In this document: positions 62,629-64,000 of the stretch, one piece after another | Position numbering within the stretch: position 1 is the first letter of the stretch | How the letters are laid out: each line of letters starts with the position of its first letter | Assembly: GCA_016218045.1 (NCBI GenBank) | Contig: JACRFB010000031.1 | Location: forward strand, 72,908-136,907 | Length of the DNA stretch: 64,000 nt | Direction of reading: 5' to 3' | From: Ignavibacteriota bacterium | GTDB lineage: Bacteria; Bacteroidota; Ignavibacteria; SZUA-365 | Notes under the pieces: generated by a model | The model's database searches: none | Seen by the model: only the letters and a program-made list of their open reading frames with translations | What the model was told of the DNA's origin: nothing | Program-made: the position numbers and the translations under genes

Positions 62629-63504
62629 TTAAGAAGGTAGATAGATCAGTGTCGTTTCTGTGGTGGACGAGGAGGGCAGCACTTCGGATTCCTGTTCGAA
62701 CACGGCCACGGTCGACTGTTTGCGCGTGCGCAGTGTAAACCGGACGGGCAGTCCGTCGGAAACACGGACGTACAGAGTGCCGTCGACGGTGGTTTCGTCT
62801 TCGGTGAACCGCTCGCTCGACGAGAACAGCGCCTTGCCTTCCGCGCTGACAGTGCCGCTCCATGTAAGTTTTATACATTCGCGGCCATGCAGCTTTACCA
62901 GAGAATCCACGTGGTAGTTCGTCTGGGCCTGCGTGTAGCGGAGCCCCGTTCCTTCGCCAAGTGTCGGATCTTTGTACCGTGGCCGGGCAGTGTCGCTGAC
63001 TGAATCGGTCCATGTATCGCCGACAGACAACGTCCGTGCCGGCAGGGAGGGGAATACCATGGCGCGACGGGCGAACGTGCCCGGATTCACCGGGATAGGG
63101 GATCCCTGCACCTCGAGCGGGGCAAGCGGTTCGGCGCGCAACAGGGCACCCTTCCGGCTCAGGGTCAAACGCACAGGACGACGCGTCAATACGTTGTCGA
63201 AGTCCACTCCGGGGGACTGACTCACCGCGCGGTCGGTCACGAGCGCAGTATCCTGCACTACAGTAAGAACCAGTTGTTCCGGCGAGGATTTCTCGACGCG
63301 AATGGTCAGGAACGACTCGACGGATTTGTTCATCTCCGTCAGGAGCCCTTTCATCGTGTGGGCCATGCCGGTTGTATTCTCCAGCCTCTTGTACTTGATC
63401 GTCGTTCCTTCGGCGAGTTGATATGTCAGCTCGCGTTTCTGCGCGACGGCGCCGAGTGTCAGGACGGCGCACATGAGGAGGAGAGGGGTGACACGAATGG
63501 ACAT
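62629..63504 (-). CDS. Exported beta-strand-rich hypothetical protein (probable paralogue of the neighbour)
   Basis: Signal peptide, YQLAEGTTIKY, LSVGDTW, LHGREC, YVRVSDGL; start uncertain (63504 or 63516). Confidence 0.7.
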   Translation of the reverse strand: MSIRVTPLLLMCAVLTLGAVAQKRELTYQLAEGTTIKYKRLENTTGMAHTMKGLLTEMNKSVESFLTIRVEKSSPEQLVLTVVQDTALVTDRAVSQSPGVDFDNVLTRRPVRLTLSRKGALLRAEPLAPLEVQGSPIPVNPGTFARRAMVFPSLPARTLSVGDTWTDSVSDTARPRYKDPTLGEGTGLRYTQAQTNYHVDSLVKLHGRECIKLTWSGTVSAEGKALFSSSERFTEDETTVDGTLYVRVSDGLPVRFTLRTRKQSTVAVFEQESEVLPSSSTTETTLIYLPS

Positions 63505-63647
63505 ACAGGGACTCATACTATTTCGAATACAACCATGCAAGATACGAAAGAGCAGGGATTCCGGGAGGGGAAAAATAGGGACCAGTGTGCGGCAGCACTG
63601 GAGCGTGATGCCGCACCGTCCTAGGGGATATGCCTTCGCGCAACGCG

Positions 63648-64000
63648 CTACCTGGGCGTGTTCTCCGCGCGCTCATAGACCCGCTCACCACCCACGTACG
63701 TCCGTTCGACAGTGGTCTTCAGCAGGTCCTCCGCGGGGGTGTTGCTGATATCGTTGCTGAGCACAATGAAGTCGGCACGTTTGCCCTCTTCGAGACTGCC
63801 CAATTCCCCGTCGACTCCTGCGGCCCTGGCTGCCCAGATCGTGTAGGCGCGGATCGCTTCGGAGCGCGTGAGTTTCTGCGCGCCATACCATCCGTCCTGG
63901 TATTGTTCGGCGCGCGGAGAAGATGCGCCTCCACGGTTGAAGCGCGTTTCAATATCGTGAGCCGATGCCGGGATGCCATCGGGTGATTGGCGTGTGCATG
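63648..64000 (-). CDS. Amidohydrolase 3 / YtcJ-like metal-dependent hydrolase, C-terminal part (runs off the window)
   Basis: Hand translation of a frame missing from the ORF track: CTRQSPDG...GWYGAQKLTRSEAIRAYTIWAA...GSLEEGKRADFIVLSND...TYVGGERVYE...*. Confidence 0.88.
   Translation of the reverse strand, partial: CTRQSPDGIPASAHDIETRFNRGGASSPRAEQYQDGWYGAQKLTRSEAIRAYTIWAARAAGVDGELGSLEEGKRADFIVLSNDISNTPAEDLLKTTVERTYVGGERVYERAENTPR

Overview
High-GC bacterial chromosome segment, densely coding, with about 55 genes. T9SS C-terminal sorting domains, a PorX-type REC-PglZ protein, DUF6588/DUF6029/DUF2279-like genes, canonical TTGnnn-N17-TAnnnT promoters and some Shine-Dalgarno use point to the FCB/Bacteroidota sensu lato, probably an Ignavibacteria/Kapabacteria-like lineage (inference). 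From left to right: two very large Ig-repeat T9SS cargo proteins; a beta-barrel/polyproline/double-OmpA protein; an exported tyrosine phosphatase; a minus-strand run (membrane SpoIIE-STAS-RsbW partner switch, adk, two DUF6588-like genes, porX, tsaE, tsaB, accD, panC, panD, GlmU N-domain, YciO/Sua5); oppF-MEMO1-tatD-lptB-apaG; clpC, mlaE, rlmN; two DUF2279-like genes plus a GT2; ctpA-DUF3108-gamma-CA-nadC-Nudix; HAD-TlpA-DUF6029-rng; dnaN-recF-DUF721-mnmE-gyrB; a PAS kinase/sigma54 regulator/GWxTD cluster; pdxA-ftsE; a DEDD-GIY-YIG fusion; an Omp85-like barrel, two secreted paralogues and a partial amidohydrolase. I found no rRNA, tRNA, CRISPR array, integrase or transposase. The most notable unexplained signals are polarised intergenic heptamer arrays, a TlpA plus OM barrel with a lone CxxxxC pair, a shared cohesin-like/CxEGGxRLFDG pre-CTD cassette, a MEMO1 with an RRE-like N-terminus, and recurrent ECF-type promoter motifs. 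All family calls come from motif recognition by eye; no database searches were run.
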